From Octopus vulgaris (taxonomy: Eukaryota): 64,000 bases of DNA. The notes beneath the pieces were generated by a model that saw only the letters and a program-made list of their open reading frames with translations, made no database searches and had not been told where the DNA came from. The stretch's first letter is position 1; each line of letters starts with the position of its first letter. Location: assembly GCA_951406725.2 (NCBI GenBank), contig OX597826.1:80104001-80168000 (forward strand), given 5' to 3'. A program made the position numbers and the translations under genes. Positions 28,680 through 42,772 of the stretch are shown here, piece by piece.

Positions 28680-29251
28680 AGACAGTCAGTAGCAGGATCT
28701 CGAACTAAAGCTGTTCACCGAATGTCGATGACTTTGCGCTCATTTGTCACCGCTCAGGAGAAGAGATTTCCGTCTGAGAATCAACGAAGAATAAAGCGGC
28801 TGTCTTATTCAATGTCTTCATACACTGTACGTAATAAAAGTACTCATTAGCGCTGCGCACAAATTACTATGTTTAACTACATACGACATTATACTACATT
28901 TACACACATGCACGAACACACACACATACGCACTTGTATCTTGCATATATATCTATATACCTTGTTGATCGAAAGTTTTTTCGGATTTTCACTGATGTTT
29001 TTTTTCGGGCAACTTGTATCTTCGTGATATATCATCAATTTGATAAAGCTTGCCCAATCGTTGCCGAGTTGCTTATTCTTTTTATTTTTTCATTTGTAAC
29101 ATATAACATATGAAGACATTGAATAAGACAGCCGCTTTATTCTTGGTTGATTCTCAGACGGAAGTCTCTTCTCCTGAGCGGTGACAAATGGGCGCAAAGT
29201 CATCGACATTCGGTGAACAGCTTCAATTCGAAATCCTGCTACTGACTGTCT
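28680..29251. repeat. 143-nt inverted repeat (28680-28822 / 29109-29251)
   Basis: The arms are reverse complements with few mismatches. Confidence 0.92.
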
Positions 29252-29299
29252 CTAGATTATTCGCAATATAATTTCAATGCTATAAATAATTTACAACCT

Positions 29300-30320
29300 T
29301 CATAATGAGCAGTGAAAATAATTGCAACCAGAGCCATTTTACGCTACATTTGGTGGGGGGGGGGGAGGAAGCACTGAGAATGAGGGCAGCAGCAGAATAA
29401 ATTAACGATGTGAAAGCCCCAGCAACTGTCAACGAAGCTGTGGTTCAAAACTGGTCCAGACAGTCCAAGGAAGGTGACACCAACCTGGAAAACAAACCAA
29501 GGTCAGGTAGATTTTCTGTTGTGGAAGACGAAGCCTTACTTGAAATTGTAGAACAACAGCCAAGCGCATGCGTGCATACATTGTCGGCAGAACCTGGTCC
29601 TTCACAAAGCACCATCAATCGTTACTTTCATTTGCTCAGTCTTTTGTACAGACGCTGTTGGGAAGTTTCTCGTGAACTGACCAATGACCAGACTTAACGA
29701 CGTGTGAACATTTGCAAACAACTGCTGGCAAATCCTTGAAATATCCGATTTTGACGTCGAATTGTAACTGGTGATGAAAAACTTTATTTATTTTCGTAAT
29801 GTTAAGATGATAAACCAGTGGCTTCATTCGGGCTATGCTTCAGAAGCCGTTGTCAAACAGGGGCAGTTTGAACAGAAGGTCATGCTTCTATTTGGTGAAA
29901 TTTCGAGCGGGTGTAGCACTTCGAACTTGTCCTAGGAGGTCATGCTGTGAACGTTAACTTTTACGCTCAACAAATGTAACAAGCATATGATGCTTTGAAA
30001 GCCCGTCACACACGACATTCATCAATCGAAGAAGCACACTCATACCACATGACAATTCTCTGCACATCCAATGTGACCAAGCGCAAACTGAGCAGCTGGA
30101 AGTGGTATCTTACCTGCACCATTAGATTTATACCGTTTCCCAGCCATGATTTATTTTCTGAACGGACGAATGTTCAGCAATGTGGATGAGGTCGAAAATG
30201 GTTGCAGGGAATAATTTTTTGCCTCAAAAATAGCTGAATGGTACAAGCGCTGGATTGAGCTTCTAGCACAACAATAACAACAGACAATAAAATAGGATGC
30301 GATATAATTTAATGAATAAA
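29300..30320 (+). mobile_element. Decayed mariner transposase
   Basis: NWSRQSKEGDTNLENKPRSGR, WEVSRELT and RRIVTGDEK motifs, interrupted by stops and frameshifts. Confidence 0.85.
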
Positions 30321-30390
30321 TGCCTTTCGGATGTAAGTTATTTGAACTATTATTTAAAGCTGAAATACGAGCGATTCACACGCGCGCGCA

Positions 30391-30428
<38 letters not shown>

Positions 30429-30819
30429 CACACATTCACATAGACCCTTTTACATACACACACACATATTCACACAGAGTTGAAATGCTGTTAGATTTAT
30501 TTTTTCAGCGTACAATTTTCATCATCCCACTACCAAGTATGACATCACCCCCTCCCTTCCTTATTCATCTATCAACTCTTCCTTTCTCATTCATAAACAC
30601 TAGAGTATTATTATAGTAGATTATCTCGGTAACCGTGGAAGCTATGACAAAATACAAAGACCAGCAACACAACGGGATCATACTACATATCTGTGTAATT
30701 TTTCTTGTAATTCCATCCAACCGTTTGACCGTGAATTCCAAGACAAGAAAGAATCGGCCATGTAAAATTTATATGTACAGATATATAAGCAAGCATACAG
30801 ACAGACTGACAGAGAGACG

Positions 30820-30834
30820 GTTAGATAGATATAT

Positions 30835-30906
<72 letters not shown>

Positions 30907-31043
30907 CGATAGATAGATAGATAGATAGATAGACAGACAGATAGATAGATAGACAGACAGATCGATAGACAGACAGATAGATAGATAGACAGACAGATCG
31001 ATAGATAGACAGACAGATCGATAGATAGATAGATCGATCGATC

Positions 31044-31098
<55 letters not shown>
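30820..31098. repeat. (GATA/GACA)n
   Basis: Directly visible. Confidence 0.97.
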
Positions 31099-32123
31099 GC
31101 ACTATTCAAAGCATTCAACGTTTAGAAAACTGCGCGGGCTACGGGCTGCCCATAACTGCCGTAAAAACTGGCCTCTTCTGCCCCTCTGAGGAGCACCATC
31201 AACATACCTCACCGTCGTCTACCGTAAGTCTAAAGCAATGGTGCCTAAATATCCCCCCCCACCTATGGAGCCCTTTGACTATCATTTTATTCTGGTTGAC
31301 CTCCAAAGCCATTCAATGTTAAAAAGCTAAATTTATTGCTGTCTTTCAAAATTCCTATTTTCTTTCTCATATGTTCCCTTGTGTAGGTTTGCAGTAGAAC
31401 TCTCGAATAGAACATGCAATAAACTTGCAATAAACAAACCTTAAACCTAGATTTTCGTGGGCCCATAAAATATTATTGTGGATCCCCAATTTTACTTGCG
31501 TCAAAGTGGACCCCACTTGTGAGCCACAGGTCCAGAGATCGAATTGTCAACGAATTTTCACTGGCTTTTCTGTATTTTTTGTGAGGGAGAGAAGCATTGC
31601 CGGATATATTCTTCACACTTTTTATTCATAAAAATACTTTATTCATAAAATAATTACAAATATATTTTTGGCGTCTATTTTGAATAATTTCATTTTTTTC
31701 TTTTATTATTTATGCTGCCAATAATTATAGAGAATTTGTTTTTGGAAAATTTCGTTCCTCATCGAAGTTGTACGAGCGAGGGAACTGAACCCATAAAAAT
31801 ACACAAAAGTGTATATAAAACTAGATAAGAATACTTGAATAAAATGATACATTTTCTACTTTTTTTTTCTCGGTGGATGAAAAGAATAACAGTTTTTGAA
31901 AAGATTTTGCTTCTCTAAACGCTTCAAAATCGATATGTTCTTGGCTCAGTTCCAATCACATAGAAAGTTAGAATTACCTACAGATTTCAGATTGCTTTAT
32001 GAATCCCCACAATGTATTTATGTATGTATGTATGCACGAATGTATGTATGTAAGTATGTATGTAAGTATGTATATACGTGTCTGTTTTTGTATGTACAAG
32101 TGTCAATTTCAAATGTACCACCG

Positions 32124-32165
<42 letters not shown>

Positions 32166-32207
32166 TCGCTAGATATACATGTATGTATGTATATATATAT
32201 AGATCGC

Positions 32208-32378
32208 TAGCCACTACACAGATTTTTTTCTCCCCTTGTTTCTTTCTGTGTCCCTTTCTGTCGAAGAACTTTGGCTCGAAACGTAAAAGATTTTTTCAAT
32301 TCCTGAGCGTTATACTAATACATCTGTTTGTTTTCTACACCACCTGTCTTCGTCTTTCGTCTTTTTTTTGTGAATTCT

Positions 32379-32381
<3 letters not shown>
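32208..32381 (+). mobile_element. Short repeat between (TA)n tracts with a degenerate hammerhead-like motif at 32254-32289
   Basis: CTTT-CTGTCGA-A-GAAC tttg GCTC-GAAA-CG-TA-AAAG, with one core change and one stem II mismatch. Confidence 0.5.
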
Positions 32382-32461
<80 letters not shown>

Positions 32462-32710
32462 CATATATATATTGGAAAGTTTGGAGATGATGTACAGGTA
32501 TTTTATATTAGAAGAAATGAGGTACTCAGAAAATCAGATGGTTTATATTTACAGATATTTATTTGTATATTACATGTTTTTATACATCATATAACTTAGA
32601 TCATGTATTAGCGCTTTCTCTCATTCTAGTGGGGTTTTCAAATCAAACTAAGTTCCATGTAATATACAAATAAATATCTGTAAATATAAACCCTCCGATT
32701 TTCTTCTAAT

Positions 32711-32833
<123 letters not shown>

Positions 32834-33679
32834 TATACACGAACATAAACATATAAGTACACAATTTTATTGATCTCCCTTGCCTTTGATCTCTTGTTTC
32901 GATTAAATGTTCGTTCTGAGTTTTGGGGTCTTGGAGTATAACATTCAATAAATGAAGCCACTTGAGAATTCACCGATTCTTACACAAATTTTATGATATC
33001 CGGAGCAAATGAGATGAAATTATTTGTTTTCCAACGTATTAAACACTTGAAAATATTTAATATAACTTATATGGCAGCCTCTTCGTTCTTTGACCGATGA
33101 CTGGCACACGTGGCTTCGGTCTTGAACTAAATGAGTTAATGCTTTTACTTTTGAGCGTGTTGAATTAAAATCCATTTATGGTTAAGTTTTTCTTTCTCTT
33201 TTTTTTTTCGAATCAATAAAAAAAAAAGATGAAAGTCATATCTTGGAACGAATAAATAGTCCGAGCCGCATTTATAATTTGCGATTTGCACTGAAACAAG
33301 ATATTGATAATTATCTTATCCCATTGTGTCGGTGGCCTACAGAGTTAGAACCATTTACGATTTATATTTGGCTTAATGAACTGTGACCCACCACGAGCAA
33401 TTTTCTCTTTTTCTTTTTTTTTTCGACTGCGTTCAAAACCGATAACTAATTTCCATTAGATAAAAAATACCATTTTGTATTTAGATTCGTTCCTGTATTT
33501 TTTAAAGTTGAACCCTCACCTGTTCAACATCGACATTCCGTTTCTTCTCTCTTTTGTTCTTCTATATTCAATAGATTCTGTAGCATTCAGTGTCGATTCA
33601 GTTCATTGTCCGGGAGATTTCGTACGCATGTCATAAATGAATAATTAGGACAGAGAGATGAACAACGATGATAATAATA

Positions 33680-34180
33680 ATCCTTTCTACTGAAGGTACA
33701 AGGCCTGAAATTTGTGTCGGGGGTGGGACTAGTCGATTTGTATCGACCCCAGTGGTTCACTGGTACTTAATTTATCGACCCCGAAAGGATGAAAGGCAAA
33801 GTCGACCTCGGCAAAATTTGAACTCAGAACGTAGCGACGGGCGAATTGTAATACATACAAGCTAAGGTTGGGTGAGAATCGATATGGTTAGCTAGATTAT
33901 CGAGAAGCGATGGGTCATAAAATGGTATCCAATTAATTCAGATAAAATTAACATGATAATATATAATTTTAATTATATGCAAAACGACGAACTGGCAGAA
34001 TCATTAGAACGCGCTAGTTCCCCTGTCTTTGCGTTCTGAGTTCAAATTACGCTGAGGTCGTTTTACAGTCAACTTTCGGAGTCGATAAAATAAATACCAG
34101 TTAAGCGCTGGGGTCGATGTAATTAACTGTCCCCATCATCCAAAACTGCTGACCTTGTGCGACAAAACTGAAATCAATAT
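33680..34180. mobile_element. Two diverged SINE family C copies in opposite orientation
   Basis: Minus copy ~33680-33845 and plus copy ~33985-34180. Confidence 0.75.
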
Positions 34181-34416
34181 TATATTATATAATTATTGGA
34201 GACGGAATTGGTATTATTTACCAAAAGGAATCTTTATATTCTGTCGATGTCTTGTTAGAACACCGAATTCTTCGGTACTCTTCAAGTATAAATAACATAA
34301 AACCATATACAGGGGGAAAATGATTTTACCGACTGACTTTCATTTTCATTTTTCAATTTAACATATTGCCTTTTAATCAAAACCCTATCAACTACTATAT
34401 TAGATACTGAAGAGAA

Positions 34417-34599
34417 TACATTATTTACATTATTTACATTATTTACATTTGACGGATATTTGTCCTCATCTTGTTTATTGTTAACACATCGTTTCAGCTA
34501 AGATACCCTCCAGGTATCTTGGGGACATTTCGAACCTCGGTTCTCCTTCCTAAGGTATTTTTCGATGTTATTATTATTATTATCATTATTATTATTATC

Positions 34600-34630
<31 letters not shown>

Positions 34631-34799
34631 TCGCTGCCTGGAATCGAACTCGGAATCTTGGAGTTAGTAGCCCGCACTCTTAACCACTACACTATATGTC
34701 CACAGGTATATGGCGTTGTGTTAACAATAAACAAGATGAGGACAAATATCCGTCAAATGTAAATAATGTACATAATTCCTCATCTCTTATAGAACTGTA
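34417..34799 (-). mobile_element. Third copy of the Penelope-like family, with a full tRNA-like segment and a deleted hammerhead
   Basis: Same inverted termini. tRNA-like stretch at 34629-34701 on minus (A box TAGTGTAGTGG, B box GAGTTCGATTCC). The hammerhead at 34483-34519 lacks ATGAAGGCTG. Confidence 0.85.
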
Positions 34800-35225
34800 C
34801 CGAAGAGAATATATTTGCCTTCTATTTGCGCCTTTAGCTATAAATTGACTTGCAATGTTAATAAGAGTTACATGAAATTCCAACGTTAACCTTACCAGTA
34901 AAACTAGTCTAAAGAGTTACGGATTTAAAATTGTGATAAAATTTTTAATGATTTCTGACAGGATAAAGAATACTGTTTTAGATGGTATGTGTTCTATATT
35001 CAATGAATATTCAATGATTACAAATCGAATTTATTTGTGGGGGACGTCAACGCATTTACCTACGTTTAAAATTATTCACCATTTTGTACTTTGACCTCGT
35101 GAAACATCTACAGATACAGACCCATGGGCTGGTTGGCTGTTGCCTAAGTGTTGCACAGGTTCCAGTCGCCAGGTGTAGGGAATCGCTATACTACTGCTGC
35201 TACTGCTACAACAACAACAACAACA

Positions 35226-35283
<58 letters not shown>

Positions 35284-36467
35284 AACCATTTCTTAACGGC
35301 AGGACCCGAAGTAGATAAAGCTATAAATAACAGCGTGTAAATAATAGGTCAAAACCAATTTTCTATCGAGAGAATTTTTAACGCAATATGATATTTATCT
35401 GCTTCGAGTTCTACTATTAAAGAGGAATTATTTCACGTTCTCCCGAAAGTTTCTAAATTCTTACGATGTAATTAACACTTTCATTTAAATCAGACACCAT
35501 ATACTGATGTCATTTAGTTGTCGAAGAATAATCTGTTTATTTCCTCTATCCTAATACATTTAAGCTGTCTTCCTTGGTATTACATGAATATTTACTTAAC
35601 ATTTCACAGTTAAAAATCAATGTTTAATGACAGGAGATTTATTTCAAATGATACCTAAATATCTCAATTAAATGAGATATCATTATTTATCCCAACACGT
35701 TCAATTACGATGTCTCTATAACCCACTGAACCAACTTATGAACAAAGCAAAGCCTTCCAGTTATGGCGCACCACATCCGGCATAGTATATATTAGTAAAC
35801 ATATTTTTATTTTATCCACGACGTTAGAGGTTATTTGTGGGAATGTGGCTTTTATCTTAAACTTCTCAAGCTACTGCTCAGAGCCACCCTTGCCAGTACG
35901 TTCGAATATTTGTCCAGCTCATCGTTCGTCTTACTGAACGTAAAAACCTCAGAGTATAAATTTATTTGAAAATCAATAACTGGTGGAAAATGTGCTTTTA
36001 CAGATGCGTAGTAAAACTAAGAAACGTTAAATGATTCGGGTTCTCGCGTCAATATTTTCACTTACATGACCAAAGAATGTCACAAAGTGTCACAACCAAA
36101 GCTTTTAACGATATTTTGATTGCTGAACAACGTATCAAAGCTGTATGTTTTATACTAGGACGATGTCTTTGATGAATTAATTGCTTATCAGATACATTTG
36201 TAGATTACAACTTGCAATTAACTTTGATGGCAGAAGAGTGTGTGAATGTTTAGTGCGCGTTGATATGTAAGGCCCCGTGGCTTTCTTTACTGAATAAACA
36301 CTTTTTGCAATAACTTAGTCATTCATTCCAAACTCAATACTGTAAAGACTGAAATAGCTTATACACACTTTCGTGCATGCGCGCACACACACACACAAAC
36401 ACACACACACATATGTATTTATACATATATATACATATATATGTTTGTATATACATATATATGTTTG

Positions 36468-36498
<31 letters not shown>

Positions 36499-36630
36499 AT
36501 ATATATACATATATATATGTATATATATATGTATGTATATGATGTATATGTATATATATGTATATATGTAGGTATATATATATATATGTGTATATATATA
36601 TATATGTATATATATGTGTGTGTATATATA

Positions 36631-37534
36631 CGAGGTATGATCAATAACTATCCGGACTGTTGACATAGTAACGAGGCTAAAGCACACAGAGTAAAGTCCA
36701 CTGGCACAGATTGATCTTGACCTCTGCTATACATGTGCACTGAGTTTTAACGTTGTATCTCATTTCCGCTGTTTTCCGTAGCGCTTGGAAGGAAGGTGTG
36801 TAGCGTGTGATCGCCGCATTAGTGATGACAGAGACAGACAGAAAGTTGTCATGGCGATACCTGCTCAGAGACATACGCAATGTCGCAGAAAGTACATGGA
36901 GAGGTGTGCATGAGCCGCACACAAGTGTACGAGTGGTTCCGACGTTTCAAAAATGACCGAAAAAGTGTCGATGTTGACGAACGTTCTGGAAGACCCGCAA
37001 CCAGCAGAATTGAAAAAAAACATCGCAGATGTGTGTGCAGCTGTGAATCGTCGCATCACCATCCGTGAGTTATCAGAGGATGTGCGGATTAGTTCCGGTT
37101 TAGTTCAGTCCGTTATTACTGAAGATTTGGATGTGTTTGAATATGAGAAGCGTGTGAGTTGTCAAGTTGTGCAAAAACTGCTTTCAACTGACCAAATAGA
37201 CTCTCGGGTTTCAGTTGCATAACATTTCCTTGATTGTGTCAGGAAAGATGCAAACGTTTTGAAAACTTTGCGTAGGCCTCTGAGCAGGTATCGCGAAGGC
37301 TTTGGCAAAATATGATACAGATTCTTTGCTCAACTTTCTCTGTTATGGTCAATGCAACGATCACATGCGACACACCTTCCTTCCAAGCACAGCCGTAAAG
37401 AGCGGAAGGGAGCTACAACATTAAAACATAGTGCGCATGCACAGCAAGCAGGGTTCAAGGTCATATCTGTGCCAAGCGGCTTCACTCTCCAATCTTTAGC
37501 TTCGTTACTATGGCAACTTATTTATCAGACTACG
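36631..37534 (+). mobile_element. Internally deleted mariner with long (~250 nt) inverted termini and TA TSD
   Basis: MSRTQVYEWFRRFKNDRKSVDVDERSGRP and RRITIRELSEDVRISSG. Ends are ta-cgaggtatgatcaataa and ttatttatcagactacg-ta, with ggaaggaaggtgt / acaccttccttcc inverted. Confidence 0.88.
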
Positions 37535-37593
37535 TATATACATATGTATGTACGTATACATACACATACATACATACATACATACATACATAC

Positions 37594-37653
<60 letters not shown>

Positions 37654-39768
37654 GCGCTTAGAAATGCATATATATGAACACATCTAACGCACATAAATAT
37701 GTATATATATATGTATGTGTTCATGCATACACGCATACATTCATACATACATATGTACGTAACGTAGGAATTTAGGAAAATAGTGTGTGTAATATGGACA
37801 TGTTTTCATATATGTCTGACATGAAATGTATAGCGTTTTCTGTTTTTTGTTATTTATTTATACATATATTTTTTTTTGCACGAAATACCATAAATATATC
37901 AGAATGATTGATTAAGCAGATAAGCAACCCTTCTTGAATTGAAGCAAAATTCAGTAGCAAATCACTGTTATATATTATGAGACTGAAACATAACTACTCC
38001 ATAGAAAAATTACTGTATTTCACTGGTAATATTATATATCCACCTTCAGAATGCTAGAAAAGCGAGCAGGCTTTTGCTTCAACCCATCATACTACTTCGT
38101 TAGCAAGACTATTGTTACCTGACGCAAACCTCGTCTTTAATAAATCAATACTTATCATGAAGTTACGGAATTATCTCGTCGCCCAATGAAAACAGAGTAA
38201 AGGGGAATGGCAAGTGTGTGCCTAATATATAATGCGTCAGCAAGAACCGGAATTAATATGTTAGCGAACGACAAGACTTCTACGTAATCATTCGACGTTA
38301 TCGAAATTGTAGTCATACGTCCCTTAAAACAGGATGTACCATTTTCAAAAAGAAAGTCACACCAGAAAATGCAATACTATATACGGTATTACGGTTGAGA
38401 TAATTTTAATTATAGGGCTGTTTTTTCATGACAAGCTCAGGGCTTAACGATAACAATTAATGTATGGAATATATCAAAAATTATTATAATGACACTATGG
38501 AGGACTCTTAACATTGAAATAATAATTCTTAACATCACGTGTGTTCGGCACATAAATCAACAAACAAAAGCCGAGGCAATATGACTATTATAACCTATAC
38601 TTCATTTTATATCATTTGCCATAAAGGCAGTACACAGATATGTGGCTTTACGGGCTGGACAAGACATTAATGAGGCGAATGATAACAATACAAGATGATA
38701 AAGATGGGGGAAGACAGAAAGCGCCCGCGACCCCTGCTTCTCAACAATTATAAACTATAGTGTTATATTGAAGCGGGCGTTATAATAATTCGATATTACT
38801 AATTACAACAGTGGATTTGTCTTAGTATAAACTAGGAGAAATCAGACATTGTTATGTGTAGTTTGGGTTCTAATGGGAAAGACAACCAAATGAAAACCCT
38901 TGTTATATTTACGTCTTTATTTTCATTACTTGATAGACGGACGACGACATTAGCGTAGTGATACATTATATACTTTACACACAGTTTGTACTGTTCACTA
39001 ACAAATAGTGCCAAGAGTAGGGAGTAGTTTGGCATTCGCAAACACACAGATATGAATGTGTAACAGACATTATCCGCAACTTTCGACAAAATGTAATTAT
39101 TCAACCCCTGCCTTTGTTTCAATAAACGACCGAAACAAGAGCTCGTATAGTTTTTGACTTCACCTCGTATTTAATTAAACATTACTCTTATGCCTGTGTT
39201 ATCTAAAACTAAAAATATCTATGTGATGATCGTTATATTCGTTACAAACATAATCTTATAAACGCCGTTTCAGGGCCCCCAGGTAGTTAATTTGCACGGC
39301 TAGCTTTGCACTGCAGGGTCAAGAAGGTCAGCTCTATCCTGAATACGTTTACATTGCAGAAATATTGAAATAGGTTGCCTTCTCTCGGGAGAAGAGTGTA
39401 ACTGCGTGCCAACAATTTTGAGGTAGTTAAAAGTTATCATCAGGGTTCGGTTACAATCGATGGACGTTTCATCTCTTGCTGCCAAGGCTAAAATTACGTT
39501 CATTGAACATAGGATCATAACATTGATTGCTGTTTTTATTCCATAAACGTGTTCTCAATCCACTGACGTGTGCAACCTCCAACTGAAGGTAGGACCGAAC
39601 GAAGACAAAAGCAATGAGTGCAACGTATGTTCGTCATACAACGCTACATATTTTTTAACCCACGGCAATGCGGTGACTATACATGCATACATATAAGTGT
39701 GTGTGTGTGTGTGTGTGTGAGTGTGTGTATATTTGCGTGTCTGTGTGTGTGCGCACGCACGTGTGTAA

Positions 39769-39841
<73 letters not shown>

Positions 39842-39860
39842 GAGAGAGAGAGAGATAGAG

Positions 39861-39893
<33 letters not shown>

Positions 39894-39896
39894 TAA

Positions 39897-39928
<32 letters not shown>

Positions 39929-40352
39929 ACTAAGATATGGATTCAGAGAGTCGTGTGGCTATCACAGAAAGCTCCTCTTACGGACCCGGCAATCAGACCC
40001 CATAGTAATCAATTAAAAAAAAGGCATACTGAAGAAAGTCCCTGTAATTGAAAATCCAGGAAATCCTATCGGTGAAATTGTTCGATGAGCAGTGTATAAA
40101 ACCATAAAACCATGCTACTTCCAGAGAATTACAGCCGTTTCACGATTTTCCTCATGTACTATTAATTGCAATAAGAAACATATCATACGTACAAAGGTTG
40201 CCTTAATATGTGTGCTCTGCATTATACAATACAACTGGATATTCACAAATCAATGCAAATACAAATATCTCACTCATCTACCGCCAGAACATCGAGGTTT
40301 CATCAACATTTCGACTCTAAATATACACACAACATTTCCTCTTCACATACAT

Positions 40353-40405
<53 letters not shown>

Positions 40406-40916
40406 GTGTGTGTGTGTGTGTGTGTGTGGAATAAAACATGCTAACAATATATTAATTATAGGCTATGAGGTATAAGTTGTAAAGTTACCGCTGCTATTAC
40501 ATACATGATATTATAATTTCCTAGGGGTACATAAGTAAGAGGTCTACCTACATAAAGGTCTTTATAACTATAATATGATCGCTAGGGTAGAACACTATAG
40601 AAAAAAATAAATAGTTTAATCCCTAAATCATGATGTACTAGGCAGGAATACTCATAGGATAGTAATTATATGTAGCACACTAATTTACTATACTATATAG
40701 TTTATATTATATACAATGTACTTTCAATCATCATATAACTCAACACCACTGGATTTATTTATATATATATATAATACTAGAGGGTAAGTATAAGCCGTCA
40801 CCAGGTTACTCAGTTACAGCTAAGTGGAGTGGAAGACAGGGAACTGAAGGGTTTTGCTCCAAAACACAACGCCCCGATGCTCGGTTCAAAAACCTATAAG
40901 TGTATATATGTATGTA

Positions 40917-40970
<54 letters not shown>

Positions 40971-41408
40971 CATACATACATATTATATATATATAGACAC
41001 ACATACATATCGGAATATGTTGGAGCGAATTAAAAATAAGTATTTATGTAAATATAAGCGCATGCGTATCTGTGTGGTAAGAAGCTTGCTTCCCAACCAC
41101 ATGGTTTGGGTTCAGTCCCACTGCGTGGCACCTTGGGCAAGTGTCTTCTTCTATATCCTAGGGCCGACCAGAGCCTTGTGAGGGGATTTGTTAGACGGAA
41201 ACTGAAAGAAGCCCGTCGGGGACGTAAACACATCAACATTGGTTGTCAAGCGATGATGGAGGGACAAACACACACACACACAGATACACACATGCATACA
41301 TACATACATGCACATATATATGGGGCTGGGGGTCTATGCGAGTAGCTATGTGTATGTACGTGTGTGTATGTCCGGAAGTGTATGTATCTGTAACGTACGC
41401 ATGAATGT

Positions 41409-41796
41409 GGATGGAAGCACTCCGTCGGTTACGACGATGAGGTTTCCGGTTGATCCGACCAACGGAACAGCCTGCTCATGAAATTAACGTGTAAGTGGCT
41501 GAGCACTCCACAGACACGTGTACGTTTAACGTAGTTCTCGGGGATATTCAGCGTGACACAGAGAGTGACAAGGCCGGCCCCTTTGAAATACAGGTACAAC
41601 AGAAACAGGAAGTAAGAGTGAGAGAAAGTTGTGGTGAAAGAGTACAGCAGGGATCACCACCATCCCCTGCCGGAGCCTCGTGGAGCTTTAGGTGTTTTCG
41701 CTCAATAAACACTCACCACGCCCGGTCTGGGTATCGAAATCGCGATTCTACGACCGCGAGTCCGCTGCCCTAACCACTGGGCCATTGCGCCTCCAC
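41409..41796 (-). mobile_element. SINE family B, full length, 12-bp TSD
   Basis: TSD acgcatgaatgt at 41397-41408 and 41797-41808. Confidence 0.92.
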
Positions 41797-42681
41797 ACGC
41801 ATGAATGTAACGTATCGAAAGACACAGCGAAAGCGCACACAACTAAGGAGGGTCGGGTGAAAGGTGACGTGAAGACAAGTTGACTATCAGTTTGTTTCTA
41901 AGCATAAGAAAAGCCAAAGAAAGCGATATCGTAAGCGATACCACATTCTTCCATTTATCTCATCATATGACAAAACAATATTTATTCAAACCACAATAAG
42001 AAGTCATATTTATCTTATGACGCATTGTCACGCTCTCTCTCTCTCTCTTTCTCTCTCCCCCCTCACTCTCTCTCTCTCTATACATACATATATATATATA
42101 TATATGTGTGTGTCTGTGTGTGTGTATGTAAACATATATATATATGTATATATGTATATATATATGCATATATATACATTTGTGTGGGTTTGTGTGTGTG
42201 TGTGCGCGCGCGTGTGTGCATAGAGATAGGTGTAGCCGTGGCTGTATGACAGGAAGTTTGTTTCCCAACCACAAGGTCTCGAGTTCACTTCCACTGCATG
42301 GCACTTTAAGCAAGTCACTTCTACTAGGGCCTCGGGCGACAAAGGCCTTGTGAGTGGATTTGGTAGACAGAAACTGAATGAAATCCGCCGTATATACATA
42401 AATACATACATACATATCACTGCATCACTATATCAACCAGTCTACCGGATGTTGTTACACACCACCAGTCACAATGCGCTTTCTTGTATTGTAATAACTA
42501 TCGATATTCTCCCTGAACGAAACGTCTGGCCGTCGCCGGGTTACCCAGTTACAGCTGAGTGGAGTGAAAGACAGGGAACTGAAATGTTTTGCTTCAAAAC
42601 TCAACGCCCCGATGCTCGGTTCGAAACCTGGCTTTTTCGAACAGGAGTGTAACACCCTAACCAGTAGGTCACGTGCTTTCA

Positions 42682-42747
<66 letters not shown>

Positions 42748-42772
42748 GGAGAGAGAGAGAGAGAGAGAGAGA

